DNA from: Pseudomonadota bacterium
GTDB taxonomy: Bacteria; Pseudomonadota; Gammaproteobacteria; Steroidobacterales; Steroidobacteraceae
Length of the DNA: 43,940 bases
Direction: 5' to 3'
Assembly: GCA_040255575.1 (NCBI GenBank)
Contig: JBDZVF010000001.1
Coordinates: forward strand, 1 to 43,940
The translations under genes were made by a program, and so were the position numbers. Positions 1 to 10,086 of the stretch are shown here, one piece after another. Below the pieces are notes generated by a model. That model ran no database searches and was not told where the DNA came from. It saw only the letters and a program-made list of their open reading frames with translations. Each line of letters opens with the position of its first letter. The stretch's first letter is position 1.

Positions 1-2
1 CC

Positions 3-1484
3 GGGCCGCAGTACAGTCCCGGCAAGCGCACCGACTTCTGGGCCCAGCTCATCACGTTCACCGAGCTCGCTTCGCTCATCGTCGCCGTGCAGATCATCGT
101 GACGGCGTTCAAGCTGCGCGCGCCCGGCATGTCGCTGCGGCGGATTCCGCTGCTCGTCTGGTCGCAGGTGGTGACCTCGTTCATGGTCATCTTCGCGATG
201 CCGGCGGTGATGCTCGCCAGCTCCTTCCTCATCTCGGATCGGCTCGTCAGCACGCAGTTCTACAACCCCGCGGAAGGTGGGGATGCGCTCCTCTGGCAGC
301 ACCTGTTCTGGTTCTTCGGGCATCCCGAGGTCTACATCATCTTCATTCCGGCGCTCGGTTTCATTTCCGAGATCGTCTCGACGTTCACCGCGCGCCCGGC
401 GTTCGGCTACCTCGCCCTCGTGCTGTCGCTCGTGATGACGGGCTTCTTCGCGTTCGGGCTCTGGGTGCATCACATGTTCGTCACCGGGCTGCCGCCGACC
501 GGCATGAGCTTCTTCACGGCGGCGAGTCTCGTCATCAGCATCCCGACGGGCGTGCAGATCTTCTGCTGGATTGCGACGTTCGCTACCGGCGGCACCGTGA
601 GATTCACCACGGCGCTCATGTTCGTCGTCGGGTTCTTCTTCATTTTCATCATCGGCGGGCTCACCGGCGTCATGCTCGCCTCGGTGTCGCTCGACTCCCA
701 GGTGCACGACAGCTTCTTTGTCGTCGCGCATTTCCACTATGTGCTGATCGGCGGCGCCGTGTTTCCGCTCTTCGGCGCGTTCTATTACTGGTTCCCCAAG
801 ATGACGGGCAGGATGCTGTCCGAACGGGCCGGCAAGTGGAATTTCTGGCTCTTCTTCATCGGCTTCAACGTCACGTTCTTTCCGATGCACATCCTGGGGC
901 TTCACGGCATGCCGCGCCGGGTCTACACCTACGCGGCCGAGACGGGCTGGACACCCCTGAACCTGCTGGCCACCGTGGGTGCCGTCATCATCGCGATCAG
1001 CGTGGTGGTCTTCGTGCTGAACGTGATCACGAGCCTTCGGCGCGGCAAGCCCGCGGGCGCCAACCCCTGGGGCGGAACCACGCTCGAATGGGCGACGCCA
1101 TCTCCGCCGCCGTCCTATGGCTTCGCGGACATCATCTACGTCGGCAGCCGTCAGCCGCTCAAGACAACGCCGCTCGCCTACGTCACCGGTCTGCCCACGC
1201 GCATGCGCGCCTCGCTTGTCACGACGCTGCCGGACGCGCGGCCTGATCACATCACGAAGGAACCGGATCCTTCCATCTGGCCGCTCTTCAGCGCGCTTGC
1301 CGTGACCGTGCTCTTCATTGGCTCCATCTTCACGCCGTGGGCGCTCGTCTGGGGCGCGGTGCCCGTCACCATCGGGCTCATCGGCTGGTTCTGGCCCACG
1401 GAGAAGGAAGCGCGGGTGATGCGGGAGACGGAAGTAAAGCCGGACGAAGGGCAGCTGCCACGCCTCGTGGAGCTCGAGCCGTGA
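3..1484 (+). CDS. ctaD: Cytochrome c oxidase subunit I (A-type haem-copper oxidase). The 5' end is cut by the window edge. It carries an extra C-terminal two-helix extension.
   Basis: The frame is open from nt 3; the listed GTG at 87 is internal. Motifs LFWFFGHPEVYI, WVHHMF, HFHYVL and GMPRR are typical of HCO subunit I. The stop overlaps the next start (GTGA at 1481-1484). Confidence 0.9.
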   Translation, partial: GPQYSPGKRTDFWAQLITFTELASLIVAVQIIVTAFKLRAPGMSLRRIPLLVWSQVVTSFMVIFAMPAVMLASSFLISDRLVSTQFYNPAEGGDALLWQHLFWFFGHPEVYIIFIPALGFISEIVSTFTARPAFGYLALVLSLVMTGFFAFGLWVHHMFVTGLPPTGMSFFTAASLVISIPTGVQIFCWIATFATGGTVRFTTALMFVVGFFFIFIIGGLTGVMLASVSLDSQVHDSFFVVAHFHYVLIGGAVFPLFGAFYYWFPKMTGRMLSERAGKWNFWLFFIGFNVTFFPMHILGLHGMPRRVYTYAAETGWTPLNLLATVGAVIIAISVVVFVLNVITSLRRGKPAGANPWGGTTLEWATPSPPPSYGFADIIYVGSRQPLKTTPLAYVTGLPTRMRASLVTTLPDARPDHITKEPDPSIWPLFSALAVTVLFIGSIFTPWALVWGAVPVTIGLIGWFWPTEKEARVMRETEVKPDEGQLPRLVELEP

Positions 1485-2089
1485 AGGGCTCGATCCGCGT
1501 TCTCGACGTATCCGGGCTGCCAACCTATGCGTATGGCCACCGCAGCCTCATGTGGTGGGGCACGTTCGGCATGATCGTCATCGAGTCGACAGTGTTCGTG
1601 CTGGCTGTCGGCACATACTTCTACCTGCGCGGGCTCGCCATCACCTGGCCGCCCCACGGGGTGCCACCTGTTCTGACCTACGGCACGCTGAACACCGCCA
1701 TCCTGCTGGTGAGTGCGATTCCGAACCATTGGACCAAGCATCAGGCGGACAAGGAGAACCTGCGGGGCACGCGCATTGGTCTCGTGATCTGCCTCCTGTT
1801 CGGTACAGCGTTCATCGTGGTGCGCGGCTTCGAGTTTGGTGCCCTCCAGACGAGCTGGAATACGAGCGCCTATGGATCGATCGTGTGGGCCCTGCTTCTG
1901 CTGCACACCGTGCACCTCGTCACCGATTTCATCGACTCCGTGGTGCTGACGGTGCTCATGTTCACGGGGCCGCTTTCCGGGCGTCGATTCGTCGATGTGA
2001 GCGAGAACTCGGTCTATTGGTGGTTCGTCGTCGTGTCGTGGCTCTTCATTTACGCCACGATTTACCTTGCTCCACGGTTGCCGCCGTGA
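1481..2089 (+). CDS. Haem-copper oxidase subunit III-family protein (short, about 5 TM form)
   Basis: GTG at 1481 is in the frame of ORF 1337..2089 and overlaps the ctaD stop. The product is hydrophobic and has a subunit-III-like C-terminal half (LLLHTVHLVTD, SVYWWFVVVSW). The upstream part of the track ORF is an Arg/Ala-rich shadow of ctaD. Confidence 0.75.
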   Translation: MKGSIRVLDVSGLPTYAYGHRSLMWWGTFGMIVIESTVFVLAVGTYFYLRGLAITWPPHGVPPVLTYGTLNTAILLVSAIPNHWTKHQADKENLRGTRIGLVICLLFGTAFIVVRGFEFGALQTSWNTSAYGSIVWALLLLHTVHLVTDFIDSVVLTVLMFTGPLSGRRFVDVSENSVYWWFVVVSWLFIYATIYLAPRLPP

Positions 2090-2961
2090 AAGCTCTGGCG
2101 CTTCACGCAGGTGTGCTCGCGCTCATGACGAGCGGCCTGGCGGCCGCCCACGCGCCTGTGTCAGGCCAGGCGGCGGAGAGTTGGACGGCGTTCCTTCCGG
2201 TCGTTGTACCGGTGCTGCTGAGCGCGGCGCTCTACTTGCGCGGGTACTTGCAGCAGCGTCGATCGCCGCGCGCATGGGCTTTCTTCGCCGGCCTCGCAGT
2301 GCTGACTGCTTCGCTTCTTCCGCCGCTCGACAGGTGGAGCGGGACCTCGTTTGCGTTTCACATGACGCAACATGAATTGCTGATGCTCATCGCCGCGCCG
2401 TTGATGGTGCTTGGACGACCGCTACCGTATTTTTTCTGCGGCCTGCCCAGGGCCTGGCGTCCCGGCATCGCACGCGTGATCCGTCATCGCGGGGTGCGCG
2501 GGCCGTGGTCCGTGCTGCTGAACCCGGCATTCGCCTGGGCGCTTCACGCGGTCGTCCTGTGGGTCTGGCACGCGCCCACGTTCTTCAACGCGGCGCTGCT
2601 CAACCGCGGCGTTCACGATCTGCAGCATCTGAGCTTTCTGGTGTCGGCGCTCGTGTTCTGGTCGGCGCTCTTCGAGGAACGCGTTCGGGAGCGGCAGGGC
2701 GCGGGCGTTCTGTACCTCTTCACCACGACTGTGCATACCGGCGTGCTGGGTGCGTTGCTGACCTTCGCGAGCCATCCGTGGTACAGCGCTTACCTTTCCA
2801 CTACGCCGGAGTGGGGGCTTGCGCCGCTGGAAGATCAGCAGATCGGCGGGCTGATCATGTGGGTACCGGCTTCTGTCGTGTATGTCGGGGTCGGCCTCTA
2901 CCTGCTGGCTCGCTGGATCGAGTCCAGCGATGCAGCTCCGCTACAGCATCCGGAGCGCTGA
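2086..2961 (+). CDS. ctaG: Cytochrome c oxidase assembly factor, caa3-type CtaG (COG3336-like) membrane protein
   Basis: GTG at 2086 overlaps the preceding stop (GTGA). The protein is multi-TM and carries FHMTQHELLMLIAAPL and HDLQHLSFL motifs, as in caa3_CtaG family proteins. The first 178 codons of track ORF 1552..2961 are a shadow frame. Confidence 0.75.
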   Translation: MKALALHAGVLALMTSGLAAAHAPVSGQAAESWTAFLPVVVPVLLSAALYLRGYLQQRRSPRAWAFFAGLAVLTASLLPPLDRWSGTSFAFHMTQHELLMLIAAPLMVLGRPLPYFFCGLPRAWRPGIARVIRHRGVRGPWSVLLNPAFAWALHAVVLWVWHAPTFFNAALLNRGVHDLQHLSFLVSALVFWSALFEERVRERQGAGVLYLFTTTVHTGVLGALLTFASHPWYSAYLSTTPEWGLAPLEDQQIGGLIMWVPASVVYVGVGLYLLARWIESSDAAPLQHPER

Positions 2962-3670
2962 GGAGTTGCATCGCCTCACGGTAGCCATGCAACGTTCCGA
3001 CGTCCACATACGCGCTGCCTGCGCGAACACCGACAGCCTCTCCGCCCTGAGAGATCCATGCGTTGACGAGAGTGCCGAAGTACTCGTCGCGCCCGCCGCG
3101 GGCGATCCATAGGCCGTGCAGCTCGTGGAAGACGGGTCCGGGCATGCGGAAAGCGCCCCAGATCCAGTCGGAGCGCGGCTGTTTCGATTTCACGTCGATA
3201 CCCGTCACGCGCCCGCCGGCCTCCATCGACACACTGTCGAAGAGCTCGGGATGCGCGACGGGGAACAACAGCAACGCGAGCCGATCCGCCGGCAGCTCGA
3301 GCAGCGCCCGTTCGGGAAACCAGATGGTGTCGGGCAACCCGACCGCCACCGGCTCATGGGGCCCGATCAGGGGGCTCGCGCGGAAGATGGCATCACAGAG
3401 CCCCGCCGCCTGGGTCTGTACGACGAAGGCGATATCCGCGCTCCCGACGCGGCTGCCGTAGTACTGCACGATGTCCAGCTTGCCTGGCCCGATGACGAAG
3501 CAGATCTTGCGGACGCCGGCCAGGATGAAGCGCTCGACGAGGTACTCGCTCACCGCCTTGGGCCGCTCGGTCGTCCCGTCGTTGCGGCTGCCCACGGGCA
3601 GGAGCTCCTTCGAAAAGGCGAGAGGCTGAATGCGCGTGCCGTTTCCGGCAGCCGGGATGATGCCCCACAT
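2855..3670 (-). CDS. Sugar-phosphate nucleotidyltransferase (RmlA/GalU-like NTP_transferase)
   Basis: The ATG at 3670 gives MWGIIPAAGNGTRIQPLAFSKELLPV, the G-x-G-T-R nucleotide-binding loop. The start lies 1 nt after the upstream stop. The last ~33 codons overlap ctaG convergently by 107 nt and look like a chance extension. Confidence 0.8.
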   Translation of the reverse strand: MWGIIPAAGNGTRIQPLAFSKELLPVGSRNDGTTERPKAVSEYLVERFILAGVRKICFVIGPGKLDIVQYYGSRVGSADIAFVVQTQAAGLCDAIFRASPLIGPHEPVAVGLPDTIWFPERALLELPADRLALLLFPVAHPELFDSVSMEAGGRVTGIDVKSKQPRSDWIWGAFRMPGPVFHELHGLWIARGGRDEYFGTLVNAWISQGGEAVGVRAGSAYVDVGTLHGYREAMQLLSAPDAVAELHRWTRSSEPAGRGRPRHTRQKPVPT

Positions 3671-3671
3671 C

Positions 3672-4742
3672 TCAGGCGTGCTCCGCTTCCAGAAGTTGCA
3701 GCAGCTCGTGCGCCCGGTGTGCCGATGTGTGCTCATCGAGCACGCGCGCGCGGGCACGCTCGGCGATGCGGCGAAGCTCATCCGGTGTGCAATCTAGCGC
3801 GTCGAGCGCTTCCTGCGTCGTGGTGGCTGTGAGTATTTCCTCGCCGGGAGTGAAGAAGTCCTTGAGGCCATCCCAACGATCACTGAGAAGAGGCGTGCCG
3901 CAGCTCGCGGCTTCGAACAGCCGGCCGGAGGGGCAGTGACCCATCGCAGCCATATCGGCGCGAGTCACGTTGAGCGTGAGGCGTGAAGAACAGAAGAATG
4001 CGGGATGCGCGGAGGGCGGCACGTGCTGCACGAAATACAAGTTGCGCGTCCAGGGGAAGCCTTGCGGGTAACCCGAGCCGCCCAGCATGAAACGCAGATG
4101 CGGGCGGAGGCGTGCGCTTTCCAGGAAAAGGTGTTGAAGCGCCTGCTGCCGGTCGGCTGCATACGTGCCCAGATACGAAAGGTCGGATCGATAGGTTTCC
4201 CTCGCCGGCACCGGGCAGTGCGCTTCCGGATCCACGTGACCGTACAAGGGCGCAACGCGCCGCGCACCCAGCTTCTCGGCAAGGGCTCGCAGGGCCTGGC
4301 CGCCGGCGAAGCTCAGCACGAGATCGAAGTCGGCCAGACCCTGGGGCGGCAAATAGTCCACGGGCAGCCCACAGGCGAGTCGCCCGAGCGTGACCGGTGT
4401 GTCGAGGTCATAAAAGACGCTGCGCACCCCGCGGCTTTCTTCGAGGATCATTCGGCAGGCTGCGACCGCGTCTGAACAGTAGGACGTCACGATCGCGACA
4501 TCCGCGTTCGAAAGCTCAGCACGTGCGCGCGCCTCAATCGCAGCCCAGTCTGGGTACAACACGAGCTCCACGTCATCCATGTGCTGCAGATCACGGTGTT
4601 GCGCATACCACGGCACGTCGCGCTCGAAGAACGCGATGTGGTGTCGCTTGCGTGCGAGCGCCCGGGTGAGACCTCGCCACAACGTGGCGTGGCCATTACC
4701 CCACGACGAGCTCAGGGTCAGGCCGAAGATGACGAATCGCAT
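3672..4742 (-). CDS. CgeB-like / DUF3880-type glycosyltransferase
   Basis: The ATG at 4742 starts MRFVIFGLTLSSSWGNGHATLWRGL. My family call rests on overall resemblance to CgeB-family glycosyltransferases (recognition, not a search). The gene is tightly coupled to the downstream nucleotidyltransferase. Confidence 0.65.
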   Translation of the reverse strand: MRFVIFGLTLSSSWGNGHATLWRGLTRALARKRHHIAFFERDVPWYAQHRDLQHMDDVELVLYPDWAAIEARARAELSNADVAIVTSYCSDAVAACRMILEESRGVRSVFYDLDTPVTLGRLACGLPVDYLPPQGLADFDLVLSFAGGQALRALAEKLGARRVAPLYGHVDPEAHCPVPARETYRSDLSYLGTYAADRQQALQHLFLESARLRPHLRFMLGGSGYPQGFPWTRNLYFVQHVPPSAHPAFFCSSRLTLNVTRADMAAMGHCPSGRLFEAASCGTPLLSDRWDGLKDFFTPGEEILTATTTQEALDALDCTPDELRRIAERARARVLDEHTSAHRAHELLQLLEAEHA

Positions 4743-4834
4743 GATGGCGCGCTCACAAGGGTAAGTACGAAGCAAGGCATGCGCCCGTGATCGCCGTCGC
4801 GCGATGGCGCATGTCTTGCTGGCGATGAGGTACG

Positions 4835-6244
4835 ATGCACTCGCCGGCAACAATCAGCTCACGCGCGGTTCGCGCTTACGATATACGCGGCGTGGTGGGT
4901 CGCGATTTCGATACGCGGGATGCACGCAATCTCGGCCTGGCATACGCGGCCGTGGCAACGGCCCGCGGCGCGCGCCGAATAGGTGTGGGGCTCGATGGGC
5001 GGCACACCTCGCCACAACTCGAGCACGCGCTCGTTGGTGGCCTCGTCGAAGGTGGCCTCTCCGTGTTCCGAACGGGCCTCGGCCCCACGCCGCAGCTCTA
5101 CTTCGCGCTGAACGAGTGGCGGCTCGATGGCGGCATCATGGTCACGGGCTCGCACAATCCGCCGGACCAGAACGGATTCAAGATCGTGCTCGGGCGGGAC
5201 CCGGTCTATGGCACGGCGCTGCAGAAGCTCGTGGCGACTCGCCCCACGGCCGCTCGCGGCGGCGACGTGCGGGAGCTCGAGCCCTCGCTCAGTTACACCG
5301 CACGCCTCGCGGAGCTCGCCGCGGAGTTGAAATCCTTTCATGTCGTGTGGGACAGCGGCAACGGTGCTGTCGGCGCGGTGATAGACCGGCTGACGCAGCA
5401 GTTGCCGGGGAAGCACGTGCTGCTGAACGCAGCGGTCGATGGCTCGTTTCCGGTCCATCATCCCGATCCCTCAGTGGCTTCTAACCTGGAGCAACTGCGC
5501 GACGCCGTCCTCACACAGGGTGCGGACCTTGGCATTGCATTCGATGGCGATGGCGATCGCATCGGCGTGATCGATCACGCGGGCCGCGTGATCTGGCCGG
5601 ATCAACTGGTGCTCCTGCTCGCAGAAGATCTACTGATCTGCCGCCCCGGAGCCGCCGTAGTCGCTGACGTGAAATCCAGCCAGGTGCTATTCGATGGGGT
5701 GCGGGCTCGCGGCGGACGCGCGGTGATGGCCCCGTCAGGCTATGTGCTGATCCGCGCCGCGATGATGCGCGAGCGGGCGCTGCTCGCTGGCGAGATGAGC
5801 GGCCACATCATCTGCGGTGACAGTTGGTGCCAGGTGGACGATGCACTCTACGTCGCGTTGCGAATCCTGGCGGCGTTGTCACGCCGCGAGGGCCGTCTCG
5901 CGGATTTTCGCGACTCGCTTCCTGCAGCCAGTTCGACGCCGGAGATTCGTCTGCATTGTCCGGAGCCCATGAAGACACGAGTTCTCGACGATGTGACCGA
6001 GCGACTTGCCCGGTCCGGCGCGGAGATAGATCGCACGGACGGCCTGCGCGTGAAGGCGGGCGAAGGCTGGTGGTTGCTGCGCGCGTCCGGCACGGAGTCG
6101 AAGCTGGCCTTGCGTTGTGAGTCCGCGGATGCGCGACGTCTGTGCGCTTTGTGTGAAGAGGTCGCGGAGCACCTTCGGCGAAATGGTCTCGACGCTTCCG
6201 CGCTCGACGCGCACTGCTCGGCGGTGCGCGCGGGGGCCGTCTGA
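4835..6244 (+). CDS. Phosphomannomutase/phosphoglucomutase (alpha-D-phosphohexomutase)
   Basis: Active-site loop VTGSHNPPDQNGFKI, metal loop FDGDGDR and sugar loop GEMSGH are present. GAGG lies 5 nt upstream of the ATG at 4835. The gene is divergent from the glycosyltransferase operon. Confidence 0.9.
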   Translation: MHSPATISSRAVRAYDIRGVVGRDFDTRDARNLGLAYAAVATARGARRIGVGLDGRHTSPQLEHALVGGLVEGGLSVFRTGLGPTPQLYFALNEWRLDGGIMVTGSHNPPDQNGFKIVLGRDPVYGTALQKLVATRPTAARGGDVRELEPSLSYTARLAELAAELKSFHVVWDSGNGAVGAVIDRLTQQLPGKHVLLNAAVDGSFPVHHPDPSVASNLEQLRDAVLTQGADLGIAFDGDGDRIGVIDHAGRVIWPDQLVLLLAEDLLICRPGAAVVADVKSSQVLFDGVRARGGRAVMAPSGYVLIRAAMMRERALLAGEMSGHIICGDSWCQVDDALYVALRILAALSRREGRLADFRDSLPAASSTPEIRLHCPEPMKTRVLDDVTERLARSGAEIDRTDGLRVKAGEGWWLLRASGTESKLALRCESADARRLCALCEEVAEHLRRNGLDASALDAHCSAVRAGAV

Positions 6245-6295
6245 GCTGTTTATACGTACAGGCCCTCGCTGTACACCTTATATATGGAGCCAACC

Positions 6296-7351
6296 ATGTC
6301 GACAGATGCATCGGAGTTTGAAGGTCAGGGCAGGCGCGGCACCTCGTCCGCGGCGGACGTGCTCGAAGGCGGAACCGATGACGCGCGGGCCCCGGAAGGA
6401 ATCCTGGAGCGGTATTCATCCCGATACACCTCCAGGGGCGGCACGATGGATCTGCCGCGCACCCTCGGTTACGTGAGCGTCGGCCTGGGGCTTGCCGGCG
6501 TGCTTGCGCCACGCGCGATGAGTCGCCTGATCGGCATGCCGGGCAACGATGGCCTGCTGCGCTTCATTGGCGTGCGCGAGCTGGCAAGCGGCGCGGGCCT
6601 CCTGACACAGCGGAAGGCGACGCCGTGGCTCTGGTCGCGGGTAGCCGGTGACGCGATGGATCTCGCGGTGCTCGGCACGGGGCTGCGGCCCTCCAACCCT
6701 TACCGCGGTCGCGCGGCCGGCGCGATGCTCACCGTTGCGGCGATCACCGCGCTCGATGTGGTGGCGAGCATGCGCGACAGCTCGCAATCGAGCGAAGTGT
6801 TCCGCGTGGTCCGCAAGCGGCAGGACAAGCTGATTGAGCACACCGTGAGCGTGAACCGATCGCCGCAGGACTGTTATGCGTTCTGGCGCGACGTATCGAA
6901 CCTTTCCAGGTTCAGCCCGATGCTGGAAAAGGTGACCGCGATCGACGAGAAGCGCTCGCACTGGGTCCTGCGCGGCCCGGGCGGCAAGAAGATCGAGTGG
7001 GATTCGGAAATCACCGCGGATGAGCCGGGCGAGCGGATCGCGTGGCGCTCGATCTCCGGCGACGTGAAACATGCAGGCAGCGTGCGCTTCCAGCCCGCGC
7101 CCGGCGGCCGCGGCACGTTCGTGAGCGCGATGATGCATTTCCAGCCGCCCGGCGGGCACATGGCGACGGCCGTCTCGAAAATGCTCGGCAAGGATCCGAA
7201 CCATCAGGTGCGCGAGGATCTGCGCCGCTTCAAGAGCCTGCTCGAAACCGGCGAGGTGCCGAGCACCCGCGGCCAGCCCTCCGGGCGCCGCGGCTTCATC
7301 GGGCGCATGACGCGCGACGGTCGTGAATCGAGAGAAGGGGCCCTGTCATGA
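6296..7351 (+). CDS. SRPBCC (cyclase/dehydrase, START-like) protein with an N-terminal membrane segment
   Basis: The C-terminal half ([27 protein letters not shown]...[18 protein letters not shown]) is typical of polyketide_cyc2/SRPBCC proteins. I prefer the ATG at 6296 (GGAG 6 nt upstream) to the ATG at 6284. The stop overlaps the ADH start (ATGA). Confidence 0.75.
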   Translation: MSTDASEFEGQGRRGTSSAADVLEGGTDDARAPEGILERYSSRYTSRGGTMDLPRTLGYVSVGLGLAGVLAPRAMSRLIGMPGNDGLLRFIGVRELASGAGLLTQRKATPWLWSRVAGDAMDLAVLGTGLRPSNPYRGRAAGAMLTVAAITALDVVASMRDSSQSSEVFRVVRKRQDKLIEHTVSVNRSPQDCYAFWRDVSNLSRFSPMLEKVTAIDEKRSHWVLRGPGGKKIEWDSEITADEPGERIAWRSISGDVKHAGSVRFQPAPGGRGTFVSAMMHFQPPGGHMATAVSKMLGKDPNHQVREDLRRFKSLLETGEVPSTRGQPSGRRGFIGRMTRDGRESREGALS

Positions 7352-8577
7352 GAGCAAACTGCTGGAACGGCGTCAGGGATCTGCGCGTGGAGAACGTGCC
7401 GGATCCGAAGATCATCAATCCGCGCGATGCGATCATCCGCGTCACCTCCACCGCCATCTGCGGCTCGGACCTGCACCTCTACGACGGCTTCATCCCGACG
7501 ATGCTGGCTGGAGACATTCTCGGCCATGAGTTCATGGGCGAGGTGATCGAAGTCGGGCCGGGTGTGACGAACCTGAAGGCCGGCGATCGGGTGGTGAACC
7601 CATTCCCGATCGCCTGCGGCAACTGCTTCTTCTGCCAGGGCGAGGAGTTCTCCCTTTGCGAGAACTCCAATCCGAATGCCTGGATCGCGGAGAAGCTGTG
7701 GGGCCACTCACCTGCCGGGTTGTTCGGTTATTCGCACATGCTGGGTGGCTACGCTGGCGGGCAGGCGGAGTATGTGCGCATCCCGTTCGCGGACGTCGGG
7801 CCCATCAAGGTTCCGGAGCACCTGGACGACGACAAGGTGCTGTTCCTTTCCGACGTCTTTCCGACCGGGTACATGGCGGCCGAGAACTGCAACATCCGCC
7901 CGGGCGACACCGTTGCGGTGTGGGGCTGCGGGCCCGTGGGCCTCTTCGCCATCGCAAGCGCCTTCATTCTCGGGGCGGAGCGCGTGATCGCGATCGATCG
8001 CGTGCCGGAACGGCTGCGGCTCGCGCGCGAGCACTGCAAGGCGGAGACGCTCGATTACGAGCAGGTGAACGTGCTGGAGGCGCTGCGCGAAATGACGGGC
8101 GGCCGCGGGCCGGACAGCTGCATCGATGCCGTCGGGCTCGAAGCGCATGGCCACGGCTTCTTCGCGACGTACGACAAGGTGAAGACGGCCACGTTCATGG
8201 GCACGGATCGGCCCACCGCCTTGCGCGAAGCGATTCTGGCGTGCCGTAACGGGGGTACGCTATCCGTGCCGGGCGTGTACGGCGGCTTCCTCGACAAGGT
8301 GCCGTTCGGCGCGATCGTCAACAAGGCGCTCACGGTGAAGACGGGCCAGACCCACGTGCAGCGTTACATGCGCCCGCTGCTGGAGCTGATCGAGCAGGGT
8401 CGCATCGACCCGAGCTTCATCATCTCGCACCATCTGCCGCTGGAAGATGCGCCGCGGGGCTTCCAGATCTTCCGCGACAAGCAGGAGGACTGCACCAAGA
8501 TCGTCCTGAAGCCCGGCATGCAGCGACAGACGGGGACGGGGCAGGGGCAGCCTAAGGAGCCACCGGTTCTGCACTGA
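7348..8577 (+). CDS. Zn-dependent alcohol dehydrogenase family protein (similar to glutathione-independent formaldehyde dehydrogenases)
   Basis: Catalytic-Zn motifs CGSDLH and GHEFMGEV, a structural-Zn Cys cluster [15 protein letters not shown], and a Rossmann loop VWGCGPVG are present. Confidence 0.85.
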   Translation: MRANCWNGVRDLRVENVPDPKIINPRDAIIRVTSTAICGSDLHLYDGFIPTMLAGDILGHEFMGEVIEVGPGVTNLKAGDRVVNPFPIACGNCFFCQGEEFSLCENSNPNAWIAEKLWGHSPAGLFGYSHMLGGYAGGQAEYVRIPFADVGPIKVPEHLDDDKVLFLSDVFPTGYMAAENCNIRPGDTVAVWGCGPVGLFAIASAFILGAERVIAIDRVPERLRLAREHCKAETLDYEQVNVLEALREMTGGRGPDSCIDAVGLEAHGHGFFATYDKVKTATFMGTDRPTALREAILACRNGGTLSVPGVYGGFLDKVPFGAIVNKALTVKTGQTHVQRYMRPLLELIEQGRIDPSFIISHHLPLEDAPRGFQIFRDKQEDCTKIVLKPGMQRQTGTGQGQPKEPPVLH

Positions 8578-10081
8578 GCTCCCTCACCAGATCGGGCAGC
8601 TCGACCGGCTTCACCAGATGCGAGTCGAAGCCGGCCGCGCGGGCCCGCTGGATATCCTCCGCCTGGCCGTAACCGGTGAGCGCGACGAGGCGCGCCTTGT
8701 TGCCGAGCTCGCGCAACCGGCGCGCGACCTCGTAGCCATTCATGATCGGCAGGCCGATGTCGAGCAGGATCACGTCCGGATCGAACTCGCCCACGCGCTC
8801 GAGGGCGATCGACGGATCGTAGACGGACTCGGCGTCGTGCCCGTCGAGCTTCAGGAGCATCGCCAGCGAATCCGCGGCGTCGGCGTTGTCATCGACGATG
8901 AGCACCCGGCGCGAGGCTGCGCGAGGCGCAGCGGCGGTGGCGGGAGCGGCAACCGCCTCGGGTTGCCGCGGCAGGCGAATTTCCACGCAGGTTCCTTTCC
9001 CGATGCCCTCACTGCTCGCGGTGACCGTCCCGCCGTGCATCTCCACGAGTTGCTTCACGACGGACAAGCCGATTCCCAGTCCACCTTGTGTGCGGTCGAG
9101 CGAGCGATCGCCCTGCACGAAGAGATCGAAAATGTGAGGCAGGAGGGATGGGGAGAGGCCAACGCCCGTATCGAGCACGGAAATTACAGCGAATCCGTCG
9201 TCTTCCCGCAGCTTCACTTCGATCGCGCCGCCGGGCTCGGTGTATTTGGCGGCGTTCGTGAGCACGTTGGCGACGCATTGAACGAGCCGCGCGCTGTCGC
9301 CGTTCACGTGCAGCGCTTCCGACCCATAATCCACGCGAACCGCGTGATGCTTCTCTTCCATGAGCGGCTCGACGCTCTCGATGGCGATCGCGACGATTTC
9401 CGCCAGGTTCGTCGAGTGAAGTTGCAGCTCGACGAGCCCGCGTGTGATACGCGATACGTCGAGCAGATCGTCGACGAGCCGGGTGAGGTGGCGGCTCTGC
9501 CGCTTCAGGATCTGCGAGAGGGCGCGGGTCTTGCGGTCCGGAGTGCGCGCCAGAAGTTCGCTGGAATTGCGAATGGGCGCGAGCGGGCCGCGCAGCTCGT
9601 GCGCCAGCATCGCAAGGAACTCGTCTTTGCGGCGATCCGCGGCGAGCAACCTTTCTTCCGCCCGACGCAGCGCTTCGAGTTGCTCGCGGGTCTGGTATTG
9701 GCGCAAGCGGCTGCGAATGGCGGTCTGCACGGCGCTGACGAGCGCGCGCGCCGAGGCGGGGCGATCGAGCAGGGTGACGTTCGTCAGCGAGCGAATCACG
9801 TTCGGGACGGCTGTGGTGGTGCTCGCGTGGCAGAGCATGACGACGGGCAGGTCTGACCAGGCGGCTTGCCGCTCGAGCTCGGCGAGCACCCGGTCGAAGC
9901 CGGGGGCGCTGAGCGCCGCGTCCGTCATCACCAGCGCGCCGGCACCCGCGGCAATCTCGCGCGCGATCTCGCTCGGCGTGCAACACACGAGACAGGAAAG
10001 ACCGTGCCGCGTGAAGAGGTCGTGGGTGACTTCGCCATCCCGTCTGCTGGGCGGAAGGATGAGGACGCGGTGCTCGTCCAC
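8552..10081 (-). CDS. Hybrid sensor histidine kinase: N-terminal receiver-like domain, HisKA, HATPase_c, C-terminal receiver
   Basis: H-box [15 protein letters not shown] boxes [10 protein letters not shown]-like and DTGVGL...GGLGIGL. C-terminal [14 protein letters not shown]...ILLDIGLP...KP. I chose the GTG at 10081, 5 nt after the kaiC stop; the GTG at 10219 would overlap conserved KaiC coding by 133 nt. Confidence 0.85.
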   Translation of the reverse strand: MDEHRVLILPPSRRDGEVTHDLFTRHGLSCLVCCTPSEIAREIAAGAGALVMTDAALSAPGFDRVLAELERQAAWSDLPVVMLCHASTTTAVPNVIRSLTNVTLLDRPASARALVSAVQTAIRSRLRQYQTREQLEALRRAEERLLAADRRKDEFLAMLAHELRGPLAPIRNSSELLARTPDRKTRALSQILKRQSRHLTRLVDDLLDVSRITRGLVELQLHSTNLAEIVAIAIESVEPLMEEKHHAVRVDYGSEALHVNGDSARLVQCVANVLTNAAKYTEPGGAIEVKLREDDGFAVISVLDTGVGLSPSLLPHIFDLFVQGDRSLDRTQGGLGIGLSVVKQLVEMHGGTVTASSEGIGKGTCVEIRLPRQPEAVAAPATAAAPRAASRRVLIVDDNADAADSLAMLLKLDGHDAESVYDPSIALERVGEFDPDVILLDIGLPIMNGYEVARRLRELGNKARLVALTGYGQAEDIQRARAAGFDSHLVKPVELPDLVRELSAEPVAP

Positions 10082-10086
10082 GAGAG

